Shown here: positions 12,801 to 27,800 of the stretch, one piece after another | How positions within the stretch are numbered: position 1 is the stretch's first letter | Layout of the letters: each line of letters opens with the position of its first letter | Assembly: GCF_048593235.1 (NCBI RefSeq) | Contig: NC_133622.1 | Coordinates: 193,161,198-193,225,197 of the forward strand | DNA from: Sminthopsis crassicaudata | Lineage: Eukaryota | DNA length: 64,000 nt | Direction of reading: 5' to 3' | Notes under the pieces: model-generated | The model's input: the letters and a program-made list of their open reading frames with translations, nothing else | What the model was told of the DNA's origin: nothing | Databases searched by the model: none | Program-made: the position numbers and the translations under genes

Positions 12801-15800
12801 AGCCCCAGGCAGCTGCACGAGGAAACTTCTGAGGGTAACTGGCAAGGGCCCCACGGCAGGTTATGATGTTGGTTTTCCCTCGCTCAGAAGATGCACGTTC
12901 CCCACAGACAGATTAAAAAGCCAGATCACTCTCATAAGTGCCAAAGCAATACAGGGTTCCCATTGTGCCAGCTCATTACCCATCAAAGAAATCGCACTGT
13001 TAAAGCCCAGAGAGCAAGTACAGCCTAGCTGCAGGGGGGTCATCCAGACCCCCACTTCCTCCCACACGAGCCTGCCTTTGGGCAGTCCATATTTCTTCTC
13101 TCCCTTGCCAACCTGCTGCCAGGCCTTGGCAGTTGTGCTCTTTGAACTATGAAAGAGGAATGAGTGGCAGTTAATGTCTCCTAATTGCATGCCCTAAAGG
13201 AGGCTGTGACCCTAATCCTTTCCTCTGATGCTTGTTTTATTGCAGTATGTCTGAAATGCGATCTTCAAGAGCGGCTTCTTAACCCAGCCCTCCTCCCTGG
13301 CACAGCAGAGAGCCCCAGAGGACACTTCAGCTCTTTCTGCCAGATGGCCCCCCAATCAGCAGCATCATGTTACAGACTCCGGGTGATCAAGTAAGGTACC
13401 AGAGTGTCCCTACCCCCTCTCCTGCCCCCACACCATCCGCGCAGACTCATGATTTTCAGTGTCTATTTTTCAGTTCGGCCCTCAGAAGCTTTGTACTTCA
13501 GGGTTATCTCTGACTGCCAGCCCAAGGATGGGAATAGTGCTCTCAGTCCATGAATGGGTGTGTATCTGGTGCATGAAGGAGCGTGGTCAGACTACTGTGA
13601 GCCAAGACCAGGGAGCGCTGTGGAAAACATCAGATGGAGAATCCAGGCTCCTGGATTGGGGCCTGGAGAAGAAGGAATACTTAAAAAAGAACTTGCTTAA
13701 AATGAGTAGGAGCACTGGATTTGAACCAGAGGACCTGGGTTTGAGTCTTCACTTTGTGTGACCTTAACCAATTCTTCATCTGTAAATGAAGGGATTCTAC
13801 AAATTGACCTCGAAACTCTCTTCCAGTTCCCAATCCCATAATAATGCTGATGAAATGAAGGGAATTTCTACCCCCTTTAAGTTGTTTTTATTCCCTTTCA
13901 GGTTCCTCAGGAGTCAGTCCCTTAATAGTTCTAGAGATTTTCCAGAGAAGGTGTTTGGGTTGCTGGCTAGAATAGAAGCAACTCCTTGTATATTCACTGC
14001 CATGGCCTTTAAATACGAAGACTCTTACTCTTGGTTCTTAGTCACAAGAAGCATTTCGGCCTGTGACTGTTCTAAAAATATTAGTCCAGGCAGGAGATCA
14101 AGATCTGGATAAGATCAAGGTTAAATGGAAATAATGGAGAAGGACTAAGTGGGAGAGTCTCTACTTACTGCCTAGGTGACTTTAGGCTAGTTACTTCTCC
14201 CTAGTCTTTAAAACTATGGTGTTTAATGATCTCATAGGTGTCCTCCAGAACTAAATCCATGATTCTCTGAGCCTATAAGTTTTTTCAAGAAAGAAACCAC
14301 AATATAAAGAAACACAAATAACTGATTCAAAATGTGTTTTCAACACAGTGATCTGAGGAATCTGAAGCGAAAAATCGATTCCATATCAGGGTAGTCAAAG
14401 ATGAATTCATGAAAGAAGTAGCACCTGAGTTGGGCCTAGAAGAAAGTGGAATCAGATAGAAAGAGATCCCTGTAGGGGGGAATAAATCTGAGGGGCTGGG
14501 AGAGAGTTGGAGACAAGAGGAAAGTGAGGTGAGAAATGACCAATACTGTGGTATATGAAGGTAATGGAATATTATTGTTCTATTTTAAAATGATGGACAA
14601 GCTGATTATAGAAAGGCCTGGAAAGATTTACACAAACTGATGCTGAGCGAAACAAGCAAAACCATTGTACACAGTAACAGCAAGATTGTGTGATGATCAA
14701 CTATGAATGGCTTGGTTCTTCTCAGTAGTTCAGTGATCCAAGGTAATCCCAATGGACTTTGAACAGAAAATGCCATCCGCAATCAGAAAAAGAACTAAAG
14801 AGACTGAATGTAAATCAACACATGCTGTTTACTTCTTTTTTCTGTTTTTTTCCCTCTCCCATGGTTTTTCCCTTTTGCTCTGATTTTTCTCTCCCAACAT
14901 GATTCATAAAGCAATGTGTGTTAAAATAAACAAATGAATAAATAATTTTTTAAAAAAAGAACCCCCCCCAAAAAAAGGAATGATCAACACTGGGCATCAG
15001 ATGATACCACTAGCAGTGATAGAGATACTGGGAAGTGTTCCCCATCACTTCCCTTTGCATTTCTTCCTCATAAGTTTATTCAGAGAAACAAGCATTGATC
15101 ATTGGCTTGACTTTCAGATTTGGGAAATGCTAAAAGGAGTGGGGGAGAAGAGGAAGAAGGAGGAGGGGTGACTCTGCCTTACATCATCAGGCTGTGGTGT
15201 CTGCATATTCTCCCTGTGGGAGTATCTCCTTCCATATGTGTAGTTTTAGGATACCACCATCATGGTACATATGCTGCCTGTGTAATCTTCCTAACCACAG
15301 TGATCACTTAGCACCGCTCTACTCAGAAACCTCCAGGGAATTCGCAGATCAAGGTAGATGATGTACCCAAAGTGCTTTGTAAATCCTAAAACTCTAAATA
15401 TAAATGTCAGCTTTTATGATCAACTCATCTTTTCCATGTTGCTGTTATCATCCCATTGTCCATTAAACAAAGTATTAATTTCTGACTTGTCTTTCAAACC
15501 TTGCCAAAATCTGGCTCAAACCCACCTTTCCAGCCTCATTTCATTTTACCCTTCTTAATGTAGTCTTATGTTCCAATCAAATTAAATGACTCTTCTAGTC
15601 CAATACAGCCCTCTCCCACCTCCTCAGATTTGTTCCTGCAGCTATCAGGCCGTGCAGGCAGCTTTTTCCTATCCAATTCCACTTTTTTAGACCCAACTCA
15701 GGTGTTGCTTCTTCCATGAATCCATCTTTGACTACCCTGATAGTCTTTTTCTCCTCAGATTCCTCAGATCATTGTGCTGAAAATACATTTTGAATTAGTT

Positions 15801-18800
15801 ATTTGTATGCTTGTCCTTCCTGCCATCAGATCATAAGCTTATTCAGAATGGGACACTATACACTACATGGATGACACCATTTGGGGAGCTCTCCAGACCC
15901 CCTTTGTGTTTGCTTTGTCCAAGTAATGTTGTTTCCTTAATTTTGTGTGAATTGAACTGAGCAGATAAAGAAGCCCAGAAATCTTGCCTGAGTGATACTT
16001 GAGATAGAACCTTTTGTGATATGATAGAGAAAGATGGATGGAATCTTACTATAGAATGGCTGGCTTGTGTAAGCCATGGATATATTTAGAGTGATATGCT
16101 TTGGGATCTGGAAAGACCTATTCTACTTCCCCAAGGGAGACTTCAATTTCCACCATTGTGGAAAGGAGAAGGACCAGTAACCTATCAGAGAAGGGTATGC
16201 AGCCTTCAGAACAGCTATCACTTCATGCTTAGTCCTTCTCAGACCTATCCCCAAGGAGGATATTGGGTTAAAAGTATATTTATATGTAGCAGCTCAAATA
16301 GTAAGTCTAAAACCATAGAGCTCATTTAGTGGTCCAGAATAAAAGTCCCTTACCCTGATAACTCTGAGTGGGAAGTAGTCTCACTTTGACCAGGAGGTCA
16401 TAGCTTATTTTTGCCAGCTTCCCTTCTTCCCACAAATGCTAGTTCCAGAAAAGGCAATTACAAATAGCAAGAAATCATATTTATCAGAATATGAAATAAA
16501 AAACAATGAAGTTACAAAGGTAATAACAATAATAATAAGCACAACAGCTAGCATTTGTATAGCTCTTTAAGGTTTGCAAAACACTTATTTTTTTCTCACA
16601 ACAATCCTGATGCTATTATTATCCCCATTTTACAGATGAGACTGAGAAAGGTTAAGTGATTTGCCCAGACTTTTTCACTAATAATCTAGTAAGTCTGAGG
16701 CCAGATTTTAATTCAGATCTTCCTGACTCTACACTTAGTCCTGTCTGTACTGTGCTACTACCCCCACTATGTCCCTTCCATCCTAGCACATGAACTTCAG
16801 AGACCATTAAGAGCTGATTTCCCTGGTAACATTGTTCTCTTCTTGGCTGAGTTGGAAGTTTTATCTAATCTTCAACCTGGAAGTCAAATAAAAGGAGAAA
16901 GCCCTATTACCAGCAGCCTCTGGGGTTTCATGAGCTGGGAATCAAGAGACATCCCAGGATGGGGCCTGAAGCTCTGAGGAGGGAGCCTGTCCACATTCAC
17001 AAGTTTGTACCTTGCCTTTCTCTCATGTCCCTCAAACTCCCTTTTCTCCCTCCTTCCACATAGTCAGTATACGTTACTCTACTTTACTCAACCTTCCTTC
17101 TCACCAAACCCGCCTCCTTGAGGGTCCCTCACATAGCCCAGCTCCAAGTCTGGAACAACCCACTCCTCCCTATCTTCTCTTAGAGTCCCTGGTTTTCTTC
17201 AGCCCTCAACTCACGCCCACCTACTGCACGGGGCTCTTCCCAGTCCCCCTCCCCAGTGCGCCCACTGCCCAGAGTGGTCCCATGTTTCTTCCGTTCATAC
17301 TTCTGTGTATATGAGCTACCACCTTGTGTAGAATGGAAGCTATTTGAGGTTGTAGGCTTATTTTTGTTTTCTTGCTTTTGTCATATCCCTGGTGCTTAGC
17401 AGAGTGCTCAGGTAGGCCCTAAGCCTCTTGGTATCAATGAGCACTCTTATTTAAGCTTAGTGACTCTTCCAGCCTGTTGTTCTGCATTTAATAAGTGCAT
17501 TTGTTGCCAGTATAGGCTGCCAAGGGGCATGGGGCTTCCTTGGCAGGGCCGTGCAGGCTCTCAGGCAGGGCCTGAGCCCTCATGGCACCTACTTGGATTT
17601 GGGCCCATTTGGGATAGACTCGGATGCCCCAGAATGTTCCTTCTTCCCTGCTGTTCTCTTGTCTCAGGGCTCTAGAATCCAGCGGGGTCTGCGAGTCGGT
17701 GACATATGGACTCCCATTCATCATCAGGCCGACAAGCTGTTGGCAGCTAGACTGGGATGAGCTAGACACCAACCAGCAGCGTTTCCATGCCCTGTGTCAC
17801 AGCCTGCAGGTAAGTTCCTGTGTCACTGGGTGGCAAGAAGTGGAATACCAAAGTACCAGCCACAAGTAGGCATGAGCCCCAAATCCACACCAGCCCCCCC
17901 TGCTATAACTAACATGGGACAAAGGGGTCTCTGCCCCAGGGTGTTACTGAGGAGGAAGGGTGAGAAGAGATGCATTCCCTGGGGTGATTACAGCCCAAGA
18001 TCCTCTGTCATCCTGTTCTACTCTAATCTACCACACACTCACCCCCAAGCCATGACACTCTCCTCTCTTACAGAAACTATCAGTATGACTCCCTCCCCAG
18101 CTCCCAAGCGGACTCTACTGGTTTTGCTTTTTGTTTTGTGATGATATTCCTAGTTAGAGCTCTACAGCCCTCACTCCATCACCCCCTTGTGCACACACAC
18201 CCCGGTTCAGCCGAGTGTCCCCCTGGAGGTAAGGAGAAACTCTTCCATCTAGGGCAGTTCTAGGGTTCTCTGTGAGACTCAGAGTCCCCAGGAATCAGTG
18301 GCAGGCCACTTGGAAACCCCTAGTTAGTCAAACCAAGCTTTCGAGATCCAGGTAGCAACAGAGGCAGCAAACTGGGCAACAAAAGGCCAGAGGCAAGAAA
18401 AGATGGTCCATATCCCCCTGCAAGATTCTCTATGGAGTGGAAGTAAAGAAGGTATACAACAAAACTAAGGTACTAACACTGGGAAAGAAGCACTAAAAGA
18501 GTGCTAAACAGGTGAGTCCAGATCAGAGGGTGCAAGTGATGAGAAAAGGACTTTCAGAGGAGACAAGTATGNNNNNNNNNNNNNNNNNNNNNNNNNNNNN
18601 NNNNNNNNNNNNNNNNNNNNNNNNNNNNNNNNNNNNNNNNNNNNNNNNNNNNNNNNNNNNNNNNNNNNNNNNNNNNNNNNNNNNNNNNNNNNNNNNNNNN
18701 NNNNNNNNNNNNNNNNNNNNNNNAGGGTGGGGGAAGAGAGATAAAGAGAGGAAGGAAGGCACCTGAACTAACTGTTAGTGTTGGAAGAAGAACATTTTAT

Positions 18801-21800
18801 GGTGGAGGGATAGAAAGGCCTGGACAGAGAGTTTTAAGATGCCCACTGAAAGGCATCTTCCCCAGGGAAAGGAGATTGACCTTAGTCATAGAGGAAATAA
18901 TGTTCAACTCAGGACACCAGCTGGTAGCAGGTCTATTCTGTGTGTTTTTGTTGAGTTGTTTTAATCATGTCTGACTCTTTGTGATCTTAGGGTTTTCTTA
19001 GCAGAGATACTGGAGAGGTTTGTCATTTCCTTCTCCAGTTCATTATACAGTTGAAGCTCCTGAGGCAAACAGGGTTAGGTGACTTGCCCAGAGCCTCCCA
19101 GCTAGTGAGTGTCTGAAGCCAGGCTTGAACTTCAGGCTGGGCACTCTCTCCTGTGCCCGCTACCACTCTGCACCCCTGGTGGCCTCCCTTAGAATGTGAG
19201 CTGCTTTAGGAGAGAGACCATTTCTGCCTTTGCATCCCCTGCAATTACTGTGGCACATGGCATATAGCAAATGCTTAATAAACACTTATTGAAACGAAAG
19301 AAATACCAAGCAGAGAAACCTCAATTGCTGAGAGGCACCCTGTACCTGCGTCCAGAGCAAGGCAAGTTGCAACTATGGGCCAAAAAGCCACAACACAAGA
19401 GCTCCTAGTACCTGGCTGGCAGTGGTAGCCTCGTACAAGGATACAGAGAGCCAGGGGAAAAGTCTGCTGTACCTGGCCACAGGCAACTTCTCGGAGCCCT
19501 GTAGCTGACCACCTATTTCTGCATTCCCTCACACACTACTGTGAATCTGGTAAAAGACAGGCTGGTTTGACAGCACTAGTATACCAACACTAAGGACGGA
19601 AATTAGATAAGCTTTAGAGAATGGAATCCCTAAAGTTTAGCAGTAGCAAATGATCCCTGCTGTATTTCTTCTCCACCACTCCTGACCCCATTGTTCATAT
19701 TGAAGATCAGCAGGAGGCAAGAACAAGAAGATTGCCCCCTAGCTTAGTTGAAATGTAGAAAGAACAGGACTGGCCAAGGTATGGAGGAACCTTGAATGCC
19801 AGATTCAATAGTTTGGATTGATATGGTGTTCCCTTTTATCACCCTCCCCCTTCCCGTTTCCCATTCTCTTCCTACTTTCCTGCAGTGTAACAGATTTCTA
19901 GACCCATATTGAGTGTCTGTTATTTCTTCTTTGAGCCAGTTCTGATGAGAGTAAGGTTCACTCACTCACCATGTCCTCCCCTTTTCTCCTGCACTGTAAA
20001 AGCTTTTTCTTGCCCCTTTTTATGGCAGATAATTTATGCCATTCCACTTCAGGGAGGTCCAATTTTAAAAGGACTTAAGCAAAAACTAAAAACAGGGGCA
20101 TCCAACCCCAGAAGTCTCCAAGCACTGACCCACACCTATCACAAGAACAACAATGACTTATGTGGATTGACTACATTTCTTCTTGGGTTCAATTGGCCAC
20201 ATTTCTGTTATGGAGATCTGGAACCTCCTATAAAAGGGCTCTGTGGGCTGAACTTCCCCACAACAGTGGCCTCCCTGACAAGTGGCTTCCAGCCTCCACT
20301 TTAAGACCTCAAATATTGAGACTTCATGGCTACAAAACACTGAAAATATCAGTCCTGTTATATTTCTGTATTATTAGTCCCAGTTTGCAGCTGATTTAAA
20401 TAGGTCAGAAGAGTTTAAGTGACTTGTCCATGAGCACAAGCTAATGAAGGGTGAGAAGGTAGCTCCCACCTGGGCCTCTGGTCTCATATCCAGCTCTCTT
20501 TTTACAGAATCAGCTGCAAAAATACTCTCAGGCAAGCTGAAATCTCTAATAAGCTGAGGCTTGCAAATAATGCTAAGCCAACAAAAAGGAAGTGAGAGGC
20601 CTACCACTTGTGGAAGAGAATAATGTTAATAAACAACAAAGAAAATGAGAAGGGCCGAGATGGTTTTGTCTCCTCCGACAAGGACAGTGATGTGGCCCAC
20701 AAAGAAAGGCAAGAGCAAACACTGTGCTGGGAAATTGAAACCCAAGAAGAATGTCATAAGAAAGGCTCTAACAACTTTAAATGAACTGAGTCTTTGGGCT
20801 GAAAGAACTTGCTCTGTCATCTCTGTCAGGACTTTCTGAGAATCAGGAACAAGTGTCAGAGACAAGCAGATGTTCTCCTGGTATTCAGAGAGGGCAATGG
20901 GATGGACTTTGGGAATCGCTGCCCCATCACTGCTATCTCTCCTCCTACCATTCTAGAGAAGATTATCAGACAGTTTGTAGTCTCTGGTCTCTAGGACATC
21001 TCAAAATAACTCAGACCAAGCAAGTCTCATTTCTTTTTCAGTCAGGATTACTGGGTAGAGAGATCATAAGTCTAGGGTGATTTGATTTCATCAAGGTATT
21101 CAATAAAGTCTTTTCATGGAATCTTTGAATAAAAAATGTGGACTGAACACAGTTAAATAAATTCATTCCTAGCTGAACAACAGTTTAAAAAAAATGATCT
21201 GTGTCAGCCTGTGGAGATGGATGGGAAGGGGGGTGGAGACCAGCAAACTATTGAGGCTGGAAGTCTTCCCTGGAACCAACTGAAAGGTGATGGAGTATCC
21301 TACTGTAAGGGTCAAGAGAAGGTAAAAGTTTGCGTGGGCACAGTCTGAAAGGTCGCTTACATAGGAAGGGATCAGCTACCATTGATCAGACATTGTCTTG
21401 GGAAAAAGAATCAAGTCTGATACTGCCTTTCTTAGCTTTCTTGGATCTGTTTCCTCTTCAGTAAAATAAGAAGAGACTTAGAGGAACTTCAAGGTCCCTT
21501 CCACTTCGACATCCTACAAAGACTGGGTGAGAGGCGAGAGAATTTCCTTATACCCTTGGAAATCAGCAGAATCTAAGGAAGGAGGCAAGCCCAAGGCTAA
21601 GAGAGGGACGACAAAAGCAGAAAATCAAGCAAAAGTGATAGATGTAAAGAGAAGTCTTTCATAGTTTGTCAGATTCTGCTCATAACTCAGCCATCTTATG
21701 TATGGACTTCTAAACAAACATGGAAGTGACTGGGTAGCACAGCAGAGAGATCCTTGGACCTAGAGTCAAGAAGACCCAAATTCAACCCCAGCCTCAGACA

Positions 21801-24800
21801 ATAGCTGTATATCCTACGTGCCTCAATTTTCCCAACTGCAAAATGGGGATGATAATAACACCTATCTTCCAGAGTTGTTGTAAAGCACTTAGTGCAATGT
21901 CTGACATGTAATAAGTGCCACGTAAATGTTAGCTACTATTGTTATTGTTATTGTACTCTTCCAGAAGAGCCACAGCTATGGCAGTTCCTTCTCCACTTCT
22001 ATTGCCTGCTGAAGTGGAAATGGGCCTGAGTTTCTGTAGGTAATTATTTCATCTTTGGGCCTTCTCCATCGTTTCTTCCTCATCTAAACTCTTCTCCCTT
22101 CTCTGAACACTGTAACTTATCAGTGGATCCCAGAACTAAACACAGTCTTCAAAATGTGGTCAGACAAAATTCAGTATAATTTTGAATATATTTGCCATAT
22201 TGTAGATTCCTATAAAGTACAAGAACTAAAAGCCCTGGGACTTTTTCTCATAAACTTCAATAAAATTTCTCCCTATTCTATTCTTGGGCAAATGTTCATA
22301 TTTATCTCTCTACTCCCTCCATTGAAGGTTTTCTCTGGTACTTCATTATGGCAGAAAGGTCAGTCAAGCATTTAGTAAGTGTTTATTGAGCCAGATAGCC
22401 AAGCTATGTTCTGGGCATATAAAGAATGACCAAAACAGAATCCTCGCCTGAGTGGACATTCTCAAGAGCTCTGGCAGGTTTCATCAAGCTGGAAAAACTA
22501 TGAGTACAAGCTCAGAAGTGAATTGTGCCCCAGTCACCCAAGAGCAACCCAGCAAGGCAAAAAGCAGCTCATCAATAGGCTAAGCACCAAAGAATTTGGA
22601 GGGTAAAGGAAGGTGCCATTACAATGCACCAAAGGAGCTGAGGAAGCCATGCACCCCACTCAATTAAAACAAAGCTTTACCAAGTACCTACTATGTACAA
22701 GGCACTGTAGAGTAAGCCTCAAATCTGAAAGTTCCTGCCCTCCAGGAAGATGCACTCTTCTGGTGCTCAGAGTACTGAAAGAAGCTTTACATTTCTTTTT
22801 GCAGGATTCAGTCCCTAATTCCAAACTCTTGACATCATTTTATTTCATCCTATCATTCTTTATATTACTGTTCTCTGAGTGTCTGTCTGTGTCATTCTCT
22901 ATNNNNNNNNNNNNNNNNNNNNNNNNNNNNNNNNNNNNNNNNNNNNNNNNNNNNNNNNNNNNNNNNNNNNNNNNNNNNNNNNNNNNNNNNNNNNNNNNNN
23001 NNNNNNNNNNNNNNNNNNNNNNNNNNNNNNNNNNNNNNNNNNNNNNNNNNNNNNNNNNNNNNNNNNNNNNNNNNNNNNNNNNNNNNNNNNNNNNNNNNNN
23101 NNNNNNNNNNNNNNNNNNNNNNNNNNNNNNNNNNNNNNNNNNNNNNNNNNNNNNNNNNNNNNNNNNNNNNNNNNNNNNNNNNNNNNNNNNNNNNNNNNNN
23201 NNNNNNNNNNNNNNNNNNNNNNNNNNNNNNNNNNNNNNNNNNNNNNNNNNNNNNNNNNNNNNNNNNNNNNNNNNNNNNNNNNNNNNNNNNNNNNNNNNNN
23301 NNNNNNNNNNNNNNNNNNNNNNNNNNNNNNNNNNNNNNNNNNNNNNNNNNNNNNNNNNNNNNNNNNNNNNNNNNNNNNNNNNNNNNNNNNNNNNNNNNNN
23401 NNNNNNNNNNNNNNNNNNNNNNNNNNNNNNNNNNNNNNNNNNNNNNNNNNNNNNNNNNNNNNNNNNNNNNNNNNNNNNNNNNNNNNNNNNNNTTGCTTCA
23501 GGTGTATTGGTTATGCCTTTTGCCCCTTCAGAATTTTTTTTACTTCTTTCTAACTGTTTCCTTCATCCTCTCTAAGAAACCAGAGTGTGAAAAAGACTTT
23601 ACTTGAGATTTTTCTGGCATAAAAACCAGCTGCCTTTACAGCAGATATATTTGGTGATCATCTCTTAACCAAAATAAATAACTAAATAAATTGTTGAAAT
23701 CCTACAAGTTGTATGTGGCAGTTTTCTTGATGCCCTTTGCCATTTCTGTTTCCATTTTGGATTCCTGGAAGGGCCATTTTTAAGCCCTTCAGGCCTTCTC
23801 TTTGCTGCTTACTGCTAACCTCCAAAAGCATCATGGCCTCCTAGCTACAGCACACACACAACACTTAATAGAAGTCTCCATTCATCTCTCAGATTTCCCT
23901 TCCATGGAGTATAAGGCAATATATACCATATTCATAGAATTATGAAAGGTCAGAATCCTAGAATTTCAGAGCGGAAAGGGCCCTCAGAGAAAATTTAATT
24001 CAAGTAATACCTGAATAGGAAGACATCCCTTCTAATACCTCCCAAAAGTGGGCATCCAGCTCCCAAGGACCTGGAAGGAACATTGGAGGAATGGCTTCAT
24101 TTTTGCAGATGGAAAGAACCAGGCCAAGAAAAGAGAAGTCATTTGCTTAAGAATATGCCACGGGTTTGGGGCTGAGCTAGAAACCAAAATGACATTTCCT
24201 CTCAGTTGCTGGAGAATTTTTTTCTGTCACAGATTTACTTTTAACCCGCCTGGTTTTTGACGTTCCTATTTTGTTCTTCCTATTGTCTTGTCTTTTGGCT
24301 TGAGCCACTCTGTTGAATAAATCACAAACATCCAACATTTACCAAGAGCTTAAGCATGGGTGATACAAATGAAAAAGGGAGACAGCTTCTACCCTTTAAG
24401 AGCTTACTTTCTGATGGATAGACCACTCATGTGAGCAGAGAAGGATAGAATCATCCTTTTGAAAAGAGGAGCATTTTGGGATGTGAGTGGCTCTGATGTA
24501 TGCTACATGTGCGATATGGCACATCCTCATCACGCATCCCAACCAGGCTTTGATGAGGGGAAAAGAAATGACCTTGTCCAAGAGTGACAAAATTTCTCCT
24601 GCTCAATGCCAGGGTAAGAGTGGCCTTTGTCTCCCTGCTACTTTCAGCCGACCCTGTTTGTGGCCTATAGTATTAAGATTTCAGGGCAGCCAAGGACAAG
24701 GGTAAAGTTGAGCATGTTTTTGTATGTGTTCTTATTTTAGAAAAGAGAGTGGCTGCTGTTGGCCAAAGGAGAACCTGCAAGCCCAGGATCCAGCGAGAAT

Positions 24801-27800
24801 GGTCCTGCCAGCACCTTCTACATCATCTTCCCATCCAATTCTCTCACGATGCTTGTTAAGGCAGTGGCCACATGTGAGCTGCTGCTGCCCAGCTCCTTCC
24901 CTCTGCCCTCTGAGGACCCACCTGAGGACATCCTTAGGAGTGTGGAGGTAAAATAGGACCAGAAAATCCCATGGAAGAGGGGAAAGAAACAGCATGTGAG
25001 GAAAGGAAAAGGAGGGGAGAAAAAAGATGGAGAGAAAGCTGGGCAGGAAAGGAGATGAGGACAGAGGAATATGGGTTCAGGGATGGGAAGAATTCAGTAG
25101 TGGGAAGAATAGAATGGCTGATGGAGTAAAGAATAGAATGAAGGCGGCAGCAGATGAGAGGTTGAAGGTAAGTAAAGTTGCACCTTCCTCTAAAGGTGAA
25201 ATCTGAATATAGAACAGTCCTTGAAGGAAAGATGTTGCCACAGAGGGGTGCACTGTAGCCTTGGCATTGGGGAAGGGCAAAGGAAGAAGATGATTACTGA
25301 CCAAAAAAAAGTTTATGTAGACAAATTCCAAAATTCAACTTTATTGACACCAGATAGATGGAAGAGAGTGGCTCTTTGTGGGGCAAAATGAGGGAGAAAA
25401 AAGTGAAGAGTTAGAAAAGGAAGAGAATAAGAAAAGAGGACAGAAAAAAGATAAAAGTGGGGGAAAAGAGAAAAGGGAGAAGAGAGAACATCTATCTGTC
25501 TATCTATCTATCTAGATATAGATATAGATATAGATGCTGATTTGTATATGTCTTTGGGTAACTATGTCTGTGCCTGTGCCTGTTTGCATTTTCCAGGTGT
25601 CTGTGTACTCTTGTATTTATGTTAGGATCTGGACATCACTGATGTCTCTGATTCAGCAAACATATATTTAGCCCTAAACATGTGCAAGACACTGTGCAAA
25701 GCCCTAGAAATACAGAGTAATAATAATAATAATAATTGTTGTGCCCAAGAAGCTAACATTGTGCTGAGAAAACACAACATGTATGGAGTTAAGTATGATT
25801 TGAAGTAAAAAATAAGACATATAAGTGTTGTGATCCAGAAAAAAAAAATTGAAAAAGGAGATGGGGGAGAACGACATAAAGAAAGTGATGCTAAAAATAA
25901 AGGAAGAGGGAATGCACCAGCCTACACAAAATGAACACAAGCAGGAGAAAGAACGTAAAGTTTGTGATCCAACTATTCTGGAGAGCAATTTGGAACTATG
26001 CCCAAAGGACCATCAAACTGTCTATACCCTTTGATCCAGCAGTGTCTCTACTGGGTCTGTATCCCAAAGAGGGAAAGGGACCCAGGTGTTAAAAAATATA
26101 ATAACTCTCTTGGTGATAGCAAAGAATTGGATTTCAAGGGGATGTCCATCAATTGGGGAATGGTTGAACAAATTGTGTTATATGAATGTAATGAAATATT
26201 ATTGTTGTACAAGAAATGATAAACAGACCGATTTCAGAAAAACCTAAAAAGCTTACATGAACTGATGCTGAGTAAAGTGAGCAGAACCAGGAGAACATTG
26301 TATACAGTAACAGCAACATTGTACAGTGATTAATTTTGATAGACTTTACTCTTCTCAGCAATACAATAACTTAAGACAATTCCAAAGAAATCACAGTGGG
26401 GCAGCTAGGTGGTGAAGTGGATAGAGCACCAGCCCTGAAGTCAGGAGGACCTGAGTTCAAATGTGACCTCAGACACTTAACACTTCCTAGCTGTGTGACC
26501 CTGAGCAAGTCACTTAATCCTGATTGCCTAAGGGGGAAAAATCTTTAATAAACAAAAAAGAAAGAAAGAGAGATAGTTCAGGGCTTAAATTCTATTCAGA
26601 GGAGTATTTATCACAGAGACATTAGGAAGCCACTGAGTTTTTGACTGAGGAACCATCATGGCAGACTACTAGAAAGTTTGTGAAGAATATTCACAAAATT
26701 GAAGAGGGGAGAGACCCACATACAATAATAGTGTAGATGAGAAATGGAGTGGAAAGGGATGGGTTTACGAGATATCACACAATTACAATGACTAGGACAT
26801 GACAAGTGGTTGGATTTTTGAAATCAAGGAAGATGCTCCAAAGATGACTCCAGGCTTTCAGGGTGGTGCCATCAATGCTTAGGGAAGAGGTAGACTTTTT
26901 AAGGAAGGGAACTTTGGAATTTGAGATGTCAGCTGGACATCCAAGCAGAAATGGCCATTAAGCAGCATTAACGTTTGTGGAAGAGATTAGGGCTGACTTA
27001 CCTGAGAGTCATTTGGCTCTTTGTGTTTTGCTTGTAACTACATGGGTCACAATGGCAAGTAGGGACATGAATTCCTAAAGTTAAGTTCCAGCCAGGTGGA
27101 AAATTGAGATATGGCCCCAACTGCAGAAATGATTTCATGCTCTAAAAAGAGGCTTATGTTTGCTCTGATTTTTCTCTCCCAACATGATTCATAAAGTAAT
27201 GTGTATTAAAAATAAAATTAAAAACTAAAAAAAAAGAGGCTTATTACAGAAGAATGTAATGGAAGACAGAAGAGAATTGATAACAATGAAATTATCAAAG
27301 AAAGTCAACCAATTACATACTGTGATATATTCCTCCATTGTTTAAGTTCTGATCTGCCAAAAGGGGGGAGGGGGGGAATGGGCTTAACATCTCATTTCTG
27401 GTCATTTAGCATGAAACAAGACCAAAAACAAAATGAAAATGCCATGTTAACATAATCCGTAGAAAAATCAGTGTTAAATGATGAGTTCAGTTATGCCCAA
27501 TGGGATCACACTGGATTCTTTGACATCCTCATGGCCCAAGGGATCCCTTCCCTTGACTTCATTACCCAAGGCAGCACATTGCACACGTCTGGATCTTGGG
27601 ATATACATTTCTTGGTTTCTCTATGGGTAGACTTGCCTGAGTCTCTGGGTCTCTGTAGTTAGGGGGGAGAAGAGGAAGATTTTCTTAGTAAGCCCCCAGA
27701 ATTGCCTTCAAAAGGAGACCATACTGCAAAGGAGAAAGGCCATCCCACTCTGCCATTGCTTTCCTGATCCTGGAAGGTTTGGCCTCCTACTTCCCCACTT

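Noticed and set aside
20050-20360. Possible LTR fragment containing CCTATAAAAGGGC
   Set aside because: No TG...CA ends, TSD or partner LTR that I could identify; needs RepeatMasker.
22613-23575. 320-aa and 224-aa ORFs, and the ORFs at 18512-18766
   Set aside because: Artefacts of reading through N gaps.
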